Source: a virus
Virus record (IMG/VR): IMGVR_UViG_3300009528_000013
Span: 1 to 64,000 of that record
Length of the DNA stretch: 64,000 nucleotides
Strand: one strand, 5' to 3'
The notes under the pieces were generated by a model. It had not been told where the DNA came from. It searched no databases and was given only the letters and a program-made list of their open reading frames with translations. The translations under genes were made by a program, and so were the position numbers. Shown here piece after piece: positions 1 to 9,149 of the stretch (position 1 is the stretch's first letter; each line of letters opens with the position of its first letter).

Positions 1-356
1 AGCATAATTTGTCCCAACCCGTAGCTCGGGTCCCGTGGGTTGATTCTATTTACTCGAAATGAGCTTTCGGCAAAGAAATGTCCGCAGATCAACGCGGTAT
101 CGAAGTTCGGAAGATACTCCTTAGAATACTTCAGAATCAGATCGGAAAGAAGTCCGGCTTTTCTTTCGTCAATGCCGTAACTTCCATAGCTCAGAATGTG
201 GGTTCTCAATGCTTTTAACTCTCGATCACGACAATCTCTCAAACTTGGAATTTCGAGAACCATCATCGGCTGAACGGTTTCAATCGGCGCTTCAACGTTC
301 AGAAGAAATATCCCAGAAAAGAAAAAAGCTCCAACAACAAGCTTTCGGAGTAGCAT
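1..356 (-). CDS. Lytic transglycosylase (SLT domain) with N-terminal hydrophobic anchor; truncated by window start
   Basis: Not in ORF track. Manual translation from ATG 356 (GGAG RBS): MLLRKLVVGAFFFSGIFLLNV...LICGHFFAESSFRVNRINPRDPSYGLGQIM. ESSF catalytic Glu and GLxQ motifs are typical of SLT. Confidence 0.75.
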   Translation of the reverse strand, partial: MLLRKLVVGAFFFSGIFLLNVEAPIETVQPMMVLEIPSLRDCRDRELKALRTHILSYGSYGIDERKAGLLSDLILKYSKEYLPNFDTALICGHFFAESSFRVNRINPRDPSYGLGQIM

Positions 357-404
357 AACTTTTCTCCATATCTTGAATTTTTCTGTCTTCTCGTTTCGTC
401 TTCC

Positions 405-704
405 TTAAACCGCCTTTCTCCGAATTAAGGTTTGCCTGGTATCGATTGACATCTTTTCCCAAAAACTGTCCATCGGCTCAATGACTTTTGAAAAGAACCT
501 TTCCCTTGTAGCGTCGTCGAGCTTATCAGGATGTTCAATGACCCACTTCAAACTCTCTTTGAATTTACGGTAGAGAGCAATGAAACGAGCCACCTCCTCT
601 TGCGGCAAGCCCAAACCGAAAAGTCCCCGCTGTGGCTCGCCTTTCTTTCTTTTATTTCTCAAGACGAAGGTCCCGTGCGGCTGATTACTTGGTTTCATCG
701 CCAT
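405..704 (-). CDS. hypothetical protein
   Basis: 99 aa ORF tightly packed in the minus-strand operon. Confidence 0.6.
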   Translation of the reverse strand: MAMKPSNQPHGTFVLRNKRKKGEPQRGLFGLGLPQEEVARFIALYRKFKESLKWVIEHPDKLDDATRERFFSKVIEPMDSFWEKMSIDTRQTLIRRKAV

Positions 705-1347
705 CTTTTAATATAACCTCCGCTTCGGGAATTTCAAGTTTATAGCGACGATATTCTGCAATCTTATCCTTCAGGTCGCCCAGTTCTTCTCTTGTCAATT
801 GCATTAGTGCCCGGAAACCCTCCTCTTCATCGAGTTCCGGTGTAGTAAGGAAGGTTCCGATTCGGTGAAGAATCTTGTCCCAGGATCCTACCATTCGTCC
901 CAGATTGGCCGGCGTCAGCATCCCACTCATAAACTCCAAATCAGCCATAACCCGCACCTGCCGGGAAAGCCGCAAGCCATCCGAAACCAAAATCAGGATT
1001 GCCTGGCGATTCAGATCATCGTCTGTGCTTCGTCCGGATAACGAGAAACTCTCGGAAACTTGCATCTCTTTCAAAGCGATTAGGTTCTGCGGCAATTTCT
1101 CCTTCAGGCTTCGAGCCTCCTCTTCATTCAGTCCATGCATTTGACAGACTTCTTCGAAAGACCGATCGGAAAGCAACCAATCTTTCAACAATGCCTTCTG
1201 AGCTTTTATCTCCAGTGTCGAACCATCAAACTCCAAGCCTTGATCCCAATAGCTTCGCTTCTTTGTGGTGACTGCCTTCGAAAACTTCTTTCCTTCCACT
1301 TTTGGAGTCCCGTCCGGAGTCTCCTCTTTCTTATTCGAAGTCTTCAA
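685..1347 (-). CDS. hypothetical protein, possible N-terminal helix-turn-helix
   Basis: 220 aa ORF overlapping neighbours; WLLSDRSFEEVCQMHGLNEEEARSL is HTH-like. Confidence 0.6.
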   Translation of the reverse strand: MKTSNKKEETPDGTPKVEGKKFSKAVTTKKRSYWDQGLEFDGSTLEIKAQKALLKDWLLSDRSFEEVCQMHGLNEEEARSLKEKLPQNLIALKEMQVSESFSLSGRSTDDDLNRQAILILVSDGLRLSRQVRVMADLEFMSGMLTPANLGRMVGSWDKILHRIGTFLTTPELDEEEGFRALMQLTREELGDLKDKIAEYRRYKLEIPEAEVILKDGDETK

Positions 1348-1543
1348 TATCCATCTCCAATTCTTCGAGATCGAGTTCCCCGTTATGGATAGCTGTCAAT
1401 AGTTCCAGCCTGATGAGACCATGAAGCAAACTTCGGACCGTGACCTTCTGACCAGTGCTTAGGGTCCGCTTTACGCAAAGAAGTTGCAACGCAGATCTCT
1501 CCTTCAAGCTTACCTTCGTCCAAATTCCTTTGTCTTGAGCCAT
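1331..1543 (-). CDS. small ribbon-helix-helix-like DNA-binding protein
   Basis: 70 aa; beta-strand (WTKVSLK) followed by two helices. Confidence 0.45.
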   Translation of the reverse strand: MAQDKGIWTKVSLKERSALQLLCVKRTLSTGQKVTVRSLLHGLIRLELLTAIHNGELDLEELEMDIEDFE

Positions 1544-1559
1544 CGGCTTTCCCTCTCAA

Positions 1560-1991
1560 TTAGATTTGATAAACACAAACTTTAATTTTTTCATTCTCCG
1601 GTTTTTCAACTCTCCAACGATGAACTAACAAGGAAGAAATTTGTTGATCGCTTTTGTAAAAAAGCCCTTCAAGAGCATTCTGGATCAGCGTCGCCACGTG
1701 ATCTAAATCCGGGATTGGATTTCCATCCGGGTTCATGAAATTCTCATCGTAGGCTTCGAAGATATTTAGGAGTAGTTCGACTTCTTGATTTCTCGGGACG
1801 GTTTCGAAAGGACTCGAAACAATCTCGGAGATTTTTACCAAAAGACGTTCAGTGAAATTCTTACATTCTGCGGTTAAAATCATTTTCCTGCCGAACGGTT
1901 TCAACTTCCAAGAGACCGCCCGCATCGGAACCTCGAATTCGCAGATTCTTTTCAAAATGATCTCCCTTCTAAAATAATCCTTTTTGGCCAT
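1560..1991 (-). CDS. rusA: RusA-like Holliday junction resolvase
   Basis: PDLDHVATLIQNALEGLFYKSDQQISSL aligns with the RusA signature DLDNxxKxxxDAL...DDxQV; adjacent to helicase. Confidence 0.7.
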   Translation of the reverse strand: MAKKDYFRREIILKRICEFEVPMRAVSWKLKPFGRKMILTAECKNFTERLLVKISEIVSSPFETVPRNQEVELLLNIFEAYDENFMNPDGNPIPDLDHVATLIQNALEGLFYKSDQQISSLLVHRWRVEKPENEKIKVCVYQI

Positions 1992-4566
1992 CGGTGAGAA
2001 GGCGTTGAGGACGCAGAATAACGTCCGAAAATTTCTTCTTAGTTTTCAGAATTGATAAGACGTAAGTATCAATCGAATCCGGAACGACGAAATCGATAAT
2101 TGTGGTCTTCTTCGTTTGGCCGAGGCGATCTATCCTTCCTTCGCATTGATTCCGATCTCCCCAGGAGAAGTTGGATTCCAGGAAAATTGCGACACTCGCC
2201 GCCGTTAAATCAAGTCCAAGATTTACAGTCGAAATCTGTCCGAGAAAAAGCTGTGAAGTCGGATCATCTTGAAATCTCCTGATCTCCGCAGCACGTTTCT
2301 TTCGGACGGCACCGTAAACAACGGACGGATTTAGTTTCTTTTTTGTAGCCCATTCTTGTACTTTCCGTAACGTATGAAGAAATTGAACAAATACCAAAAT
2401 CTTTGTCTCAGTACCCAGTACTTCTCGCTCCATGTAATCGGTGAATGTTTTGAACTTCGATGTGCCGATCTCAGTAGTCACACCATCGCCATTCGTGATA
2501 AAGCCGCTGTTGATCTGATGCAATCGAAGAAGTTGCGTCAAGACATTGGTCGCAACGATTCTTTCGGTCGTGGATAATTGCATCAAGAAATTTTCCTTCA
2601 TCGAATAATACGCCGCGCTTTCGTCTGCGGAAAGCTTAACGGTTCGAGTTTGATAGGTTTTTGGAGGCAGATCAAACAGATCCTTTCGCGGAAAGGTGAT
2701 CCCGGCCGAATAAAGTCTCTTTCGGAAGTGTTCGATATTTCTCGGTCCGATGAAGGCTTTTCCATCATATCCACCGAGCGTTGCATACATTGCTTTGTAA
2801 TCTGCATATCTGGTTCCGAACACAGAAGCATCAAGGAATTTATATTGCGAAAATATGTCAAGGATATTATTTGGAGTCGGAAGCCCGGTCAGGATCAGTT
2901 TATAGGAAGTCCGAGCAAATGCCCGATAGAAAGCCCATGTGAGTTTTATCCCCGGATTTTTGATCTTGGTCGAATTGGAAACGATGATTCCATTTGCAAG
3001 AATATAATTATGGTTATCTTTGACTTCGAGATCATAAACCCGACCCAATCGCTTTTTTGGATTTTTGAGGGGCCGGAAATTCTCGTCTTTGCGGTTCAAT
3101 TTGATTTGCTCGATTGATGGAACTGTCATACTTTCAGTTATAGAAAACTTTCCCTCATAAGGAGTTTTGTAGTCCATACATCGCGGAATGTAAGGCCGGA
3201 TTAAATTGAAAAATCGAGTCTGTGAATCAGCACGAATCGAAATACAAAGTTGATCTTTCCGAACTTTCGATGAAATTGTTTGAATCCCAAATCTATCTCG
3301 AAGCCAAATCTGAAGTTTTCGAACCTCCTGTGGAGAAAAACCTTGAGTATGAAGTTGGACGCGGTACCAAGAATAGATTTTAACTATTCCATTCATCAAT
3401 AGCTGAGTTTTTTTGACTTTGACTCTAGATCCATCATCGAGATACCAGAACGCTAGCGAAACTTCATCGGCTTCATTGAGAAGTTCAATTGGAACTATTT
3501 TTTTTCCGTTTGGGTAAAATAATTTTCTCCAGCTTTTCGAAGTCTCGGTTGGACTTAGAAAAAAGTAATTAGAACGTCCCCAATCATTTTGAGCAGTAGT
3601 TGTCTGATTTGCGAAGACCTGAAACAATTTCCTTTTGAGATCGAAATATTCTTTTTGTTTTTCAGAATGAACAAACCAAATTTGACCTAGAGTTTTGTGA
3701 ATTGAAGCATCTCCTAACATACAGCCAATCAGAACCTTTCTCTGAAAATCGGAAAAATCCGGCATTGCTTTGTAAATCGAATCTCCGATTTGAAGCTTCT
3801 TTGCACTTCGAATCCCTCTGGAAGAAAAGAATTTATGCGAAGCAGTACAGATCACCGAATATGATTTTGATTTATTTCCGAAGTGTAGTTTCACGAAAGC
3901 ATGAAATCTGGGCTTTCGAAAAACTTTTTTTACTGTTTTCAATTCAACTTGTTCAGTTTGAAAATTAAAACTCCGAACAAGATTGCCTGGTTTCAGATTA
4001 GAGATCCGTTTACTACCATCCGAAGTCTGAACCAATGTATCTCCGCTCAGACATTCGTCTGCGATGACCATATCAAACCCTTTTGCCCGAAATCCTTTTT
4101 CATAAATTCTCACACTTTCGTAGTGACAGACCAATATCTCAGGCGGTTCTTTAACCGCAAGAAGGGAACCGATTTTCTCAAGTCGATTCCCCTCCATGAT
4201 TTCGAATTTTAGATCGCTGTGCTTCTCCAACTCGAATTCCCAGGTACTTAGAACAGACAGCGGACAAACAATCAAAGCCCTCTTAACTTGGCCCTGCTCG
4301 ATCCGATACCGAAGAATGTCGATTGCTGCTTTAGTTTTGCCGCTGCCGATCGGCAAGAGTAAAGCTGCGCAGTCTCGTTTCAAACCAAATTTGAACGTAG
4401 CCAATTGGTGAGCAAGCGGCTTCGTATGAAACCAAGATAGGGGGACTGGAAGCCCTCTCGCAAACTCATCGTACCGCAACTCCATCAGGGTCCCTTTGTG
4501 GGCCTTCTGGAAAAGAGAAAGCTGAGTCGGACTTCCTGGCTGATTTTGCATAGAGTGAATCGACAT
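1969..4566 (-). CDS. SNF2-family (SF2) helicase interrupted by a LAGLIDADG intein
   Basis: Walker A PIGSGKT, LIVCPLSV, Walker B IADE[intein]STKIKN, LILTGLP, motif V NLGLDL, motif VI QCEGRIDRLGQ. Confidence 0.92.
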   Translation of the reverse strand: MSIHSMQNQPGSPTQLSLFQKAHKGTLMELRYDEFARGLPVPLSWFHTKPLAHQLATFKFGLKRDCAALLLPIGSGKTKAAIDILRYRIEQGQVKRALIVCPLSVLSTWEFELEKHSDLKFEIMEGNRLEKIGSLLAVKEPPEILVCHYESVRIYEKGFRAKGFDMVIADECLSGDTLVQTSDGSKRISNLKPGNLVRSFNFQTEQVELKTVKKVFRKPRFHAFVKLHFGNKSKSYSVICTASHKFFSSRGIRSAKKLQIGDSIYKAMPDFSDFQRKVLIGCMLGDASIHKTLGQIWFVHSEKQKEYFDLKRKLFQVFANQTTTAQNDWGRSNYFFLSPTETSKSWRKLFYPNGKKIVPIELLNEADEVSLAFWYLDDGSRVKVKKTQLLMNGIVKIYSWYRVQLHTQGFSPQEVRKLQIWLRDRFGIQTISSKVRKDQLCISIRADSQTRFFNLIRPYIPRCMDYKTPYEGKFSITESMTVPSIEQIKLNRKDENFRPLKNPKKRLGRVYDLEVKDNHNYILANGIIVSNSTKIKNPGIKLTWAFYRAFARTSYKLILTGLPTPNNILDIFSQYKFLDASVFGTRYADYKAMYATLGGYDGKAFIGPRNIEHFRKRLYSAGITFPRKDLFDLPPKTYQTRTVKLSADESAAYYSMKENFLMQLSTTERIVATNVLTQLLRLHQINSGFITNGDGVTTEIGTSKFKTFTDYMEREVLGTETKILVFVQFLHTLRKVQEWATKKKLNPSVVYGAVRKKRAAEIRRFQDDPTSQLFLGQISTVNLGLDLTAASVAIFLESNFSWGDRNQCEGRIDRLGQTKKTTIIDFVVPDSIDTYVLSILKTKKKFSDVILRPQRLLTDGQKGLF
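2974..4053 (-). mobile_element. Intein (360 aa) with LAGLIDADG homing endonuclease
   Basis: Starts CLSGDTLV (Cys codon 4051-4053), ends VYDLEVKDNHNYILANGIIVSN followed by Ser +1; two motifs LIGCMLGDASI and LAFWYLDDGS; inserted in Walker B. Confidence 0.93.
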
Positions 4567-4585
4567 TACGGTCGCGCTCCCTCTC

Positions 4586-5680
4586 TTACGAAACCGGAAT
4601 CGGGATCTGTTGAACGCCGCTGGCAGGGAAAATGTACCGCTGGAATTCGGGCCCGGGCATCACGGAAATCTCATTGGCGGTCCGTTCGAATTCGATCTGA
4701 CCTTCTGGCTCGTCTTCGTCCTGTGCCAAACGAGAGATCGCATTTCCAAGCCCCCACTGAGTCGCCTCGCCCTGTGCGATAAAATGATCAACGAGCGATG
4801 TCCGTTTGCTCTGGGACATCTTCAACTTCACACCAACAACCTCAAGCGCCGTCGCCGGCGACTCGATCCTTTGGAATGAGGCTTGACGAAAGGATGCGAA
4901 CCACTTCTCAAAGGTCTCCAAACGCAGCGTCGCTCGAATCACGTCCTTGATTTCGCTCCAGAAAACGTCGTCTTTCTTCTGAAGTGTCTCGTCTGACCAG
5001 AAATCGCCGATGCCTTTCCGCTCGCCGAGGTGAACCTGCCGAACGATCGTCTCGCCGATCATACCGTTCGTGCATACCAGTCGAATCACATAAGGTTCGA
5101 TCTTGAAACTCCCCGCGCCGACTTCGCTGTTTGAAAGGATCACACCCGGAACCACGCGATCATCTTCACGGATCTCCTGCTCGGAGTGAGGAAGAACAGC
5201 CTTGAGATAAAGATGCTGATCTGTCAGATCACACCGGACGATAGTGACTTCCTCTCCATATTGCTCGAACTCCTCTAAAGCGCAACAGAGAAAGTCGAAA
5301 TTGTCAAGCGGACGGTACCGGGCGCTCAGGATCGCCCGAACTTTGTTGTCCTGAATTCGGATCAACCTCCGCTCCTTTTCCCTCAGCCAAGCGTTCACAT
5401 TGTCGGCGAGCAGTTGCGCCTTGCCAGCTTCTTGAACCCTCTGGTAGTACTTGAACGGGATCCCGGTCTTCTCAGCGAGTTGGCGGTGCGCCCACTGGTT
5501 CAGTAGGAAATCCTCCTTGTTGCCGTTTGTTTGTATGACGAATTGAATATCCGTATCGGCCGGAGAGACCCAGATGTCCTCGCTATCGACCACGACATCC
5601 CTCGAAGTCTCTTTTCTCCGCTCCAATTGCTCAACCAACCGGCTCAAATCCAACCCCTTCATCGGTTCGATAGAATTCAT
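4586..5680 (-). CDS. DUF932-family phage/plasmid protein
   Basis: AHRQLAEKTGIP, VRAILSARYRPLDN, GVILSNSEVGAGS, RLVCTNGM patterns typical of DUF932. Confidence 0.75.
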   Translation of the reverse strand: MNSIEPMKGLDLSRLVEQLERRKETSRDVVVDSEDIWVSPADTDIQFVIQTNGNKEDFLLNQWAHRQLAEKTGIPFKYYQRVQEAGKAQLLADNVNAWLREKERRLIRIQDNKVRAILSARYRPLDNFDFLCCALEEFEQYGEEVTIVRCDLTDQHLYLKAVLPHSEQEIREDDRVVPGVILSNSEVGAGSFKIEPYVIRLVCTNGMIGETIVRQVHLGERKGIGDFWSDETLQKKDDVFWSEIKDVIRATLRLETFEKWFASFRQASFQRIESPATALEVVGVKLKMSQSKRTSLVDHFIAQGEATQWGLGNAISRLAQDEDEPEGQIEFERTANEISVMPGPEFQRYIFPASGVQQIPIPVS

Positions 5681-5719
5681 GACAGACTCCTTTCAGGTTA
5701 GAGTCAAAAGGAAAAGCGA

Positions 5720-5920
5720 TCAGCCTGCTCCTCCAAGTGCGACTTTCTCGACAATGACCCTCTCATCCTTCGCCGTCACCTTGACGGTATCACCGATTTC
5801 AAATCCGGCGTCTTCTAACCAGCGTCCCTGCAGACGAACGCGCGGATAAAATCGGCGAGGTTCTGCCGAGTTCGGTGAAGTCCGATCGACTGTTAAAGTC
5901 CGAAAAGAAATCCTGCTCAC
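5720..5920 (-). CDS. SymE-like (AbrB-fold) type I toxin-family protein
   Basis: PRVRLQGRWLEDAGFEIGDTVKV matches the SymE signature; has its own promoter upstream. Confidence 0.75.
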   Translation of the reverse strand: MSRISFRTLTVDRTSPNSAEPRRFYPRVRLQGRWLEDAGFEIGDTVKVTAKDERVIVEKVALGGAG

Positions 5921-6003
5921 TTCGCCCTCCGTTACTTAACCCTTTGAAATACCATAGTCTTTGTCCATAAAATCAAGAATATGCTTTAGTATCCATAAAC
6001 CCC

Positions 6004-6032
6004 AATATAACACATTCCTTTGTAAAATGCAA
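6004..6032 (-). promoter_or_regulatory. sigma70 promoter driving the symE-like/DUF932/helicase operon
   Basis: Minus strand TTGCAT-17 nt-TATATT in an AT-rich intergenic gap. Confidence 0.7.
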
Positions 6033-6061
6033 CAAAAAAGATGTCCAAGTGGGACAAGGAC

Positions 6062-6280
6062 TTATGACGTTTTTGGAAATTCATCTGTCTGACAAGAATT
6101 TCCCCGATCAACATCATCCTCTCGTTTGTTATCGGTCATTTCGAAGTCAATCTTAACATAGAAGAACCACAGACATAGGCACCAGAAATGAACGGTAGAT
6201 GCCTTAATCCGTTCCAATGATCTGTATCGCCACCATCCCTTTTGCGCCTCTTTGGGTTTCCATCCAATTTCTATTTCCAT
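6062..6280 (-). CDS. hypothetical protein
   Basis: Likely start at MEIEIGWK within track ORF 6062..6427. Confidence 0.45.
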   Translation of the reverse strand: MEIEIGWKPKEAQKGWWRYRSLERIKASTVHFWCLCLWFFYVKIDFEMTDNKREDDVDRGNSCQTDEFPKTS

Positions 6281-6311
6281 CAGCCTTCTCCACTTGCAAC
6301 GACAATTGAAT

Positions 6312-6764
6312 CTATTGTAATCCAAAATCTCGGTAGATGATGCGCTCAATTTGTATATTCTCTCTAACTTTAGCGAGGTTTTCCTTAAACGCAGTGTGAA
6401 ATCGCTGAAAAGCTTCTCTCGTAACATGTAATCTTTTGTTATAGCTTTCCAACGCTCGAAGAAATGGGCGAGGGGGCGACAGATCTAAGACCATACTGAT
6501 TCCATTGTTACCGTGCTTACCATTCCAATACATTAAAACTGGGGCAATTGCTCGAATATCACGTCTCCATCGTCTAAATGTTCTGCTGGCGAATTGACGG
6601 CCGGAGGCATACACTGTAACCAACAAATCCCCGCCTCTGTCTGAGAGACATATCTGTTTGCCGCCCATATTGAAGCATACACCGAAATGAGAACAGACAG
6701 CACCATCTGGAATCGGCATTCCCAACGCCTCGACGCGCAGTTTAATCTCATCGACCCAAGTCAT
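6312..6764 (-). CDS. hypothetical protein
   Basis: 150 aa, ATGA-coupled to upstream gene. Confidence 0.6.
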   Translation of the reverse strand: MTWVDEIKLRVEALGMPIPDGAVCSHFGVCFNMGGKQICLSDRGGDLLVTVYASGRQFASRTFRRWRRDIRAIAPVLMYWNGKHGNNGISMVLDLSPPRPFLRALESYNKRLHVTREAFQRFHTAFKENLAKVRENIQIERIIYRDFGLQ

Positions 6765-7210
6765 AGGTCCTCCTTCTTTCTTCGATCCTGTCTATCCTTA
6801 TCCATCTCGATCTTTAAGAGCTTGAGTCGCTCTAAAAGGCCAACCATAAACCGATCTCTTGTATCGACCTGATAAAAGAGGTCGGTCATTGCTGCGATGG
6901 CATCGGCAAAAAGCTTACCACGCTTCTCAGCCTCACCCATTTTGGATGAGTCTTGCTGTTCTATCTCGGGCGAACCTTGCTCCCCGAATCGTTCGTTCTC
7001 TTCCTGTATCAGGACCGTAACCGACATACCACATCCAACACAGCACTCATCGGTGGTCATAGCACAATCACCATCACGAGCCACACAGGGAGTCATGTCC
7101 GTTTTCTCACGAGGACATTGCCCCAGTATAATAGGATTTCCGAGCAGATACTCTGCTTTGGTTCCTGTGTGATTGAATACCAATTCCCTGAACTCATCTC
7201 CTATACTCAT
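6761..7210 (-). CDS. hypothetical Cys-rich protein
   Basis: 149 aa, CP..PCVARDG..C..CCVGC cluster, ATGA coupling. Confidence 0.6.
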   Translation of the reverse strand: MSIGDEFRELVFNHTGTKAEYLLGNPIILGQCPREKTDMTPCVARDGDCAMTTDECCVGCGMSVTVLIQEENERFGEQGSPEIEQQDSSKMGEAEKRGKLFADAIAAMTDLFYQVDTRDRFMVGLLERLKLLKIEMDKDRQDRRKKEDL

Positions 7211-7419
7211 GATTTACCCTCCAGAGCTTCGATTGTCCAATCTTCTATGATAACTTCCCCTGTCTTCCGTGTCGCTATGAGAGGTTCCGGTCCATCGTAA
7301 TCTTCCGGTCTCGTCTTCTTCATGAAAAAATTCAGGATATTCGCTATCTTGTTCGCGTACCTTTTGAGTAGCTGATCATACTTTTCTTGATCCATCTCGT
7401 TCTCCTGGCTGTCGTTCAT
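7207..7419 (-). CDS. hypothetical protein
   Basis: 70 aa, ATGA coupling. Confidence 0.55.
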   Translation of the reverse strand: MNDSQENEMDQEKYDQLLKRYANKIANILNFFMKKTRPEDYDGPEPLIATRKTGEVIIEDWTIEALEGKS

Positions 7420-7781
7420 AGCTTATGTTTATCGCATCTGTTATGTTCAGACATGTGAGGCCACAAGTAATCTATCGTAACCGCTGGTTCCACACATATC
7501 GAACATCGAAGGATTAAGCTACCCGGTGGGAGTTGACATTCGACTCCCAAGCCCCATTTATCTGAATCGTCTTTCTCCACGTAAGCAACTTTCCCCTTCG
7601 CAACTGTATAATCCTTGCAGAATTTAATCTGTATACCAGCCATCGCCCTTCCCCTTCTCTTTTGGACTGGAGAGACTGCAAGATTCTTCCTTTCCATCTG
7701 TATACCCCTCCCAACCAGGCCTCTTACATCCACTTGGCGGCTCATCTTCCCGCCTGTTCTTAAACTCTTCGTACCAGACAC
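7416..7781 (-). CDS. hypothetical protein, C-terminal Zn-binding motif
   Basis: CSIC...HMSEH; true start uncertain. Confidence 0.5.
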   Translation of the reverse strand: MSGTKSLRTGGKMSRQVDVRGLVGRGIQMERKNLAVSPVQKRRGRAMAGIQIKFCKDYTVAKGKVAYVEKDDSDKWGLGVECQLPPGSLILRCSICVEPAVTIDYLWPHMSEHNRCDKHKL

Positions 7782-7793
7782 ACTCTGAACATT

Positions 7794-7994
7794 TCATGGG
7801 TTCTTTCTTCGACGAGGTTTGTAAGTTTCAAGACAACGCTTGCGCCTGTCTACCCGCGTTTCTTCGTCGCAATGATAGAATAATGCACGACATTCCGGTC
7901 TGTCCAAAGGCCATTCGCAAAGAGCACACTGACGGCGCGATAGAAATCGTTTTTGATTACGACTTAGAGTTGCTAATTGCTCTTTCTCAGTCAT
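7794..7994 (-). CDS. hypothetical Cys-rich protein
   Basis: 66 aa, CALC..C..C. Confidence 0.5.
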   Translation of the reverse strand: MTEKEQLATLSRNQKRFLSRRQCALCEWPLDRPECRALFYHCDEETRVDRRKRCLETYKPRRRKNP

Positions 7995-8202
7995 CCCATT
8001 CGGCCTTCCTTTCTGGATCGCAAATGTGCCTCTTAAATCGCGGCTTCAGTATTTTGGTATCTTGAAATCCGAACTCGCGCCCGCATTCCCAACAACGAGC
8101 CTCCGCCCAACTGTTCATTCTACTGCCATCTGGCAGAGGATCTCCATCAGTATAGGCGATACTGAATTCTCTAACGATGCCGTCGTTACATTTCAACTTC
8201 AT
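7987..8202 (-). CDS. hypothetical Zn-finger protein
   Basis: 71 aa, CWECG...HIC. Confidence 0.55.
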   Translation of the reverse strand: MKLKCNDGIVREFSIAYTDGDPLPDGSRMNSWAEARCWECGREFGFQDTKILKPRFKRHICDPERKAEWDD

Positions 8203-8371
8203 GATTTCCGTTCCCTCACTCAGGGACGGTTCGGTAGGCTCATCACCGGATCATCAGTCTGGTTCCTGTACCCGGGTCCTACTATCGCACCGAGCCGGTC
8301 CCCTTACACCAGTTCAGGTTAGGGCTGTTGCGAGCAAACCGCCCCTGAGTTTTCAGTCAAGTTGCGCTGAT

Positions 8372-8698
8372 CTAAAACAGCATTCCCCGCAACTCTTTTT
8401 CGACGACCGCCACCCGTTCGATCATTCGCGCAACACAACCCGCAGTTTCTTCCATGAAATTCGCAAGAGGCGGGGTTGAGGGGTCGATCGGTTCTTCAGG
8501 CTTTCTGGCCTCTTTGCCTGCCACTTCATCTCTGAAGCACTCCAGGTCGAAGATAGCGTGGTCCAGATCTACCAGTCGCTGAAAGATTGCAGCATGCTTC
8601 ATCAACTCTTTCCCTATACTTTCTTCAGCTACCTCTTTCTTCGGTTCCAGTTCTACGGACATCGCTTCTCCTTTCTGATTTGGGAAGGGTGACTTCAC
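8372..8698 (-). CDS. hypothetical coiled-coil protein
   Basis: ORF with AGGAG RBS before internal Met (MSVELEP). Confidence 0.55.
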   Translation of the reverse strand: MKSPFPNQKGEAMSVELEPKKEVAEESIGKELMKHAAIFQRLVDLDHAIFDLECFRDEVAGKEARKPEEPIDPSTPPLANFMEETAGCVARMIERVAVVEKELRGMLF

Positions 8699-8710
8699 TG
8701 TGAGAAGGCG

Positions 8711-9121
8711 CTATGGGGTTGTTCGAGTCCGACAACCAGATCCAGTTCTTTCTTTGCCTTGCGTAGTTCTTCTTCCTCTTTCAGGAGTTTCGCTTTCGGC
8801 AATCCGTTGCTTTCCATCGTCATATCCTCCTTTCAAGGCGGCTTGGTCGGGTTCGGGCCGGCTCAAAAATTGCTTAACTTCGATAGCATTGAAAAAGACA
8901 ACTATCTCTCGACCATCAAAACTATCACGAACGATTTCTCCAACAGGGCCACCCTTGCATAGCCTGCGTGTATTCCTCTTTCCCCACTTGCCGGGGAGAA
9001 CGAGAGTAATCCCTGCATTTTCTTCTGGCATACCGACCGATTGGCGCAGAGCAATCGATGCGTTACATTTTTTGATAATTTCTTCCACGGTCATCCTATT
9101 CCTCCTCCTTTCTCCTGTCAA
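8711..9121 (-). CDS. hypothetical protein
   Basis: 136 aa ORF in operon. Confidence 0.5.
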   Translation of the reverse strand: MTGERRRNRMTVEEIIKKCNASIALRQSVGMPEENAGITLVLPGKWGKRNTRRLCKGGPVGEIVRDSFDGREIVVFFNAIEVKQFLSRPEPDQAALKGGYDDGKQRIAESETPERGRRTTQGKERTGSGCRTRTTP

Positions 9122-9149
9122 GGACGGCTTGGCCGATTACGAAACACAA

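Noticed and set aside
252-270. CCGATGA...GAAA on the minus strand near the window start
   Set aside because: Only 8 nt between the core halves, no stem II, and it lies inside the SLT coding sequence
8230-8260. CTGATGA/GTGATGA...GAA as a fourth hammerhead or fluoride riboswitch
   Set aside because: Stems I and II cannot be formed, and the 5' GGCGAUG..UUCGCC element of the fluoride aptamer is absent; kept only as a generic structured leader
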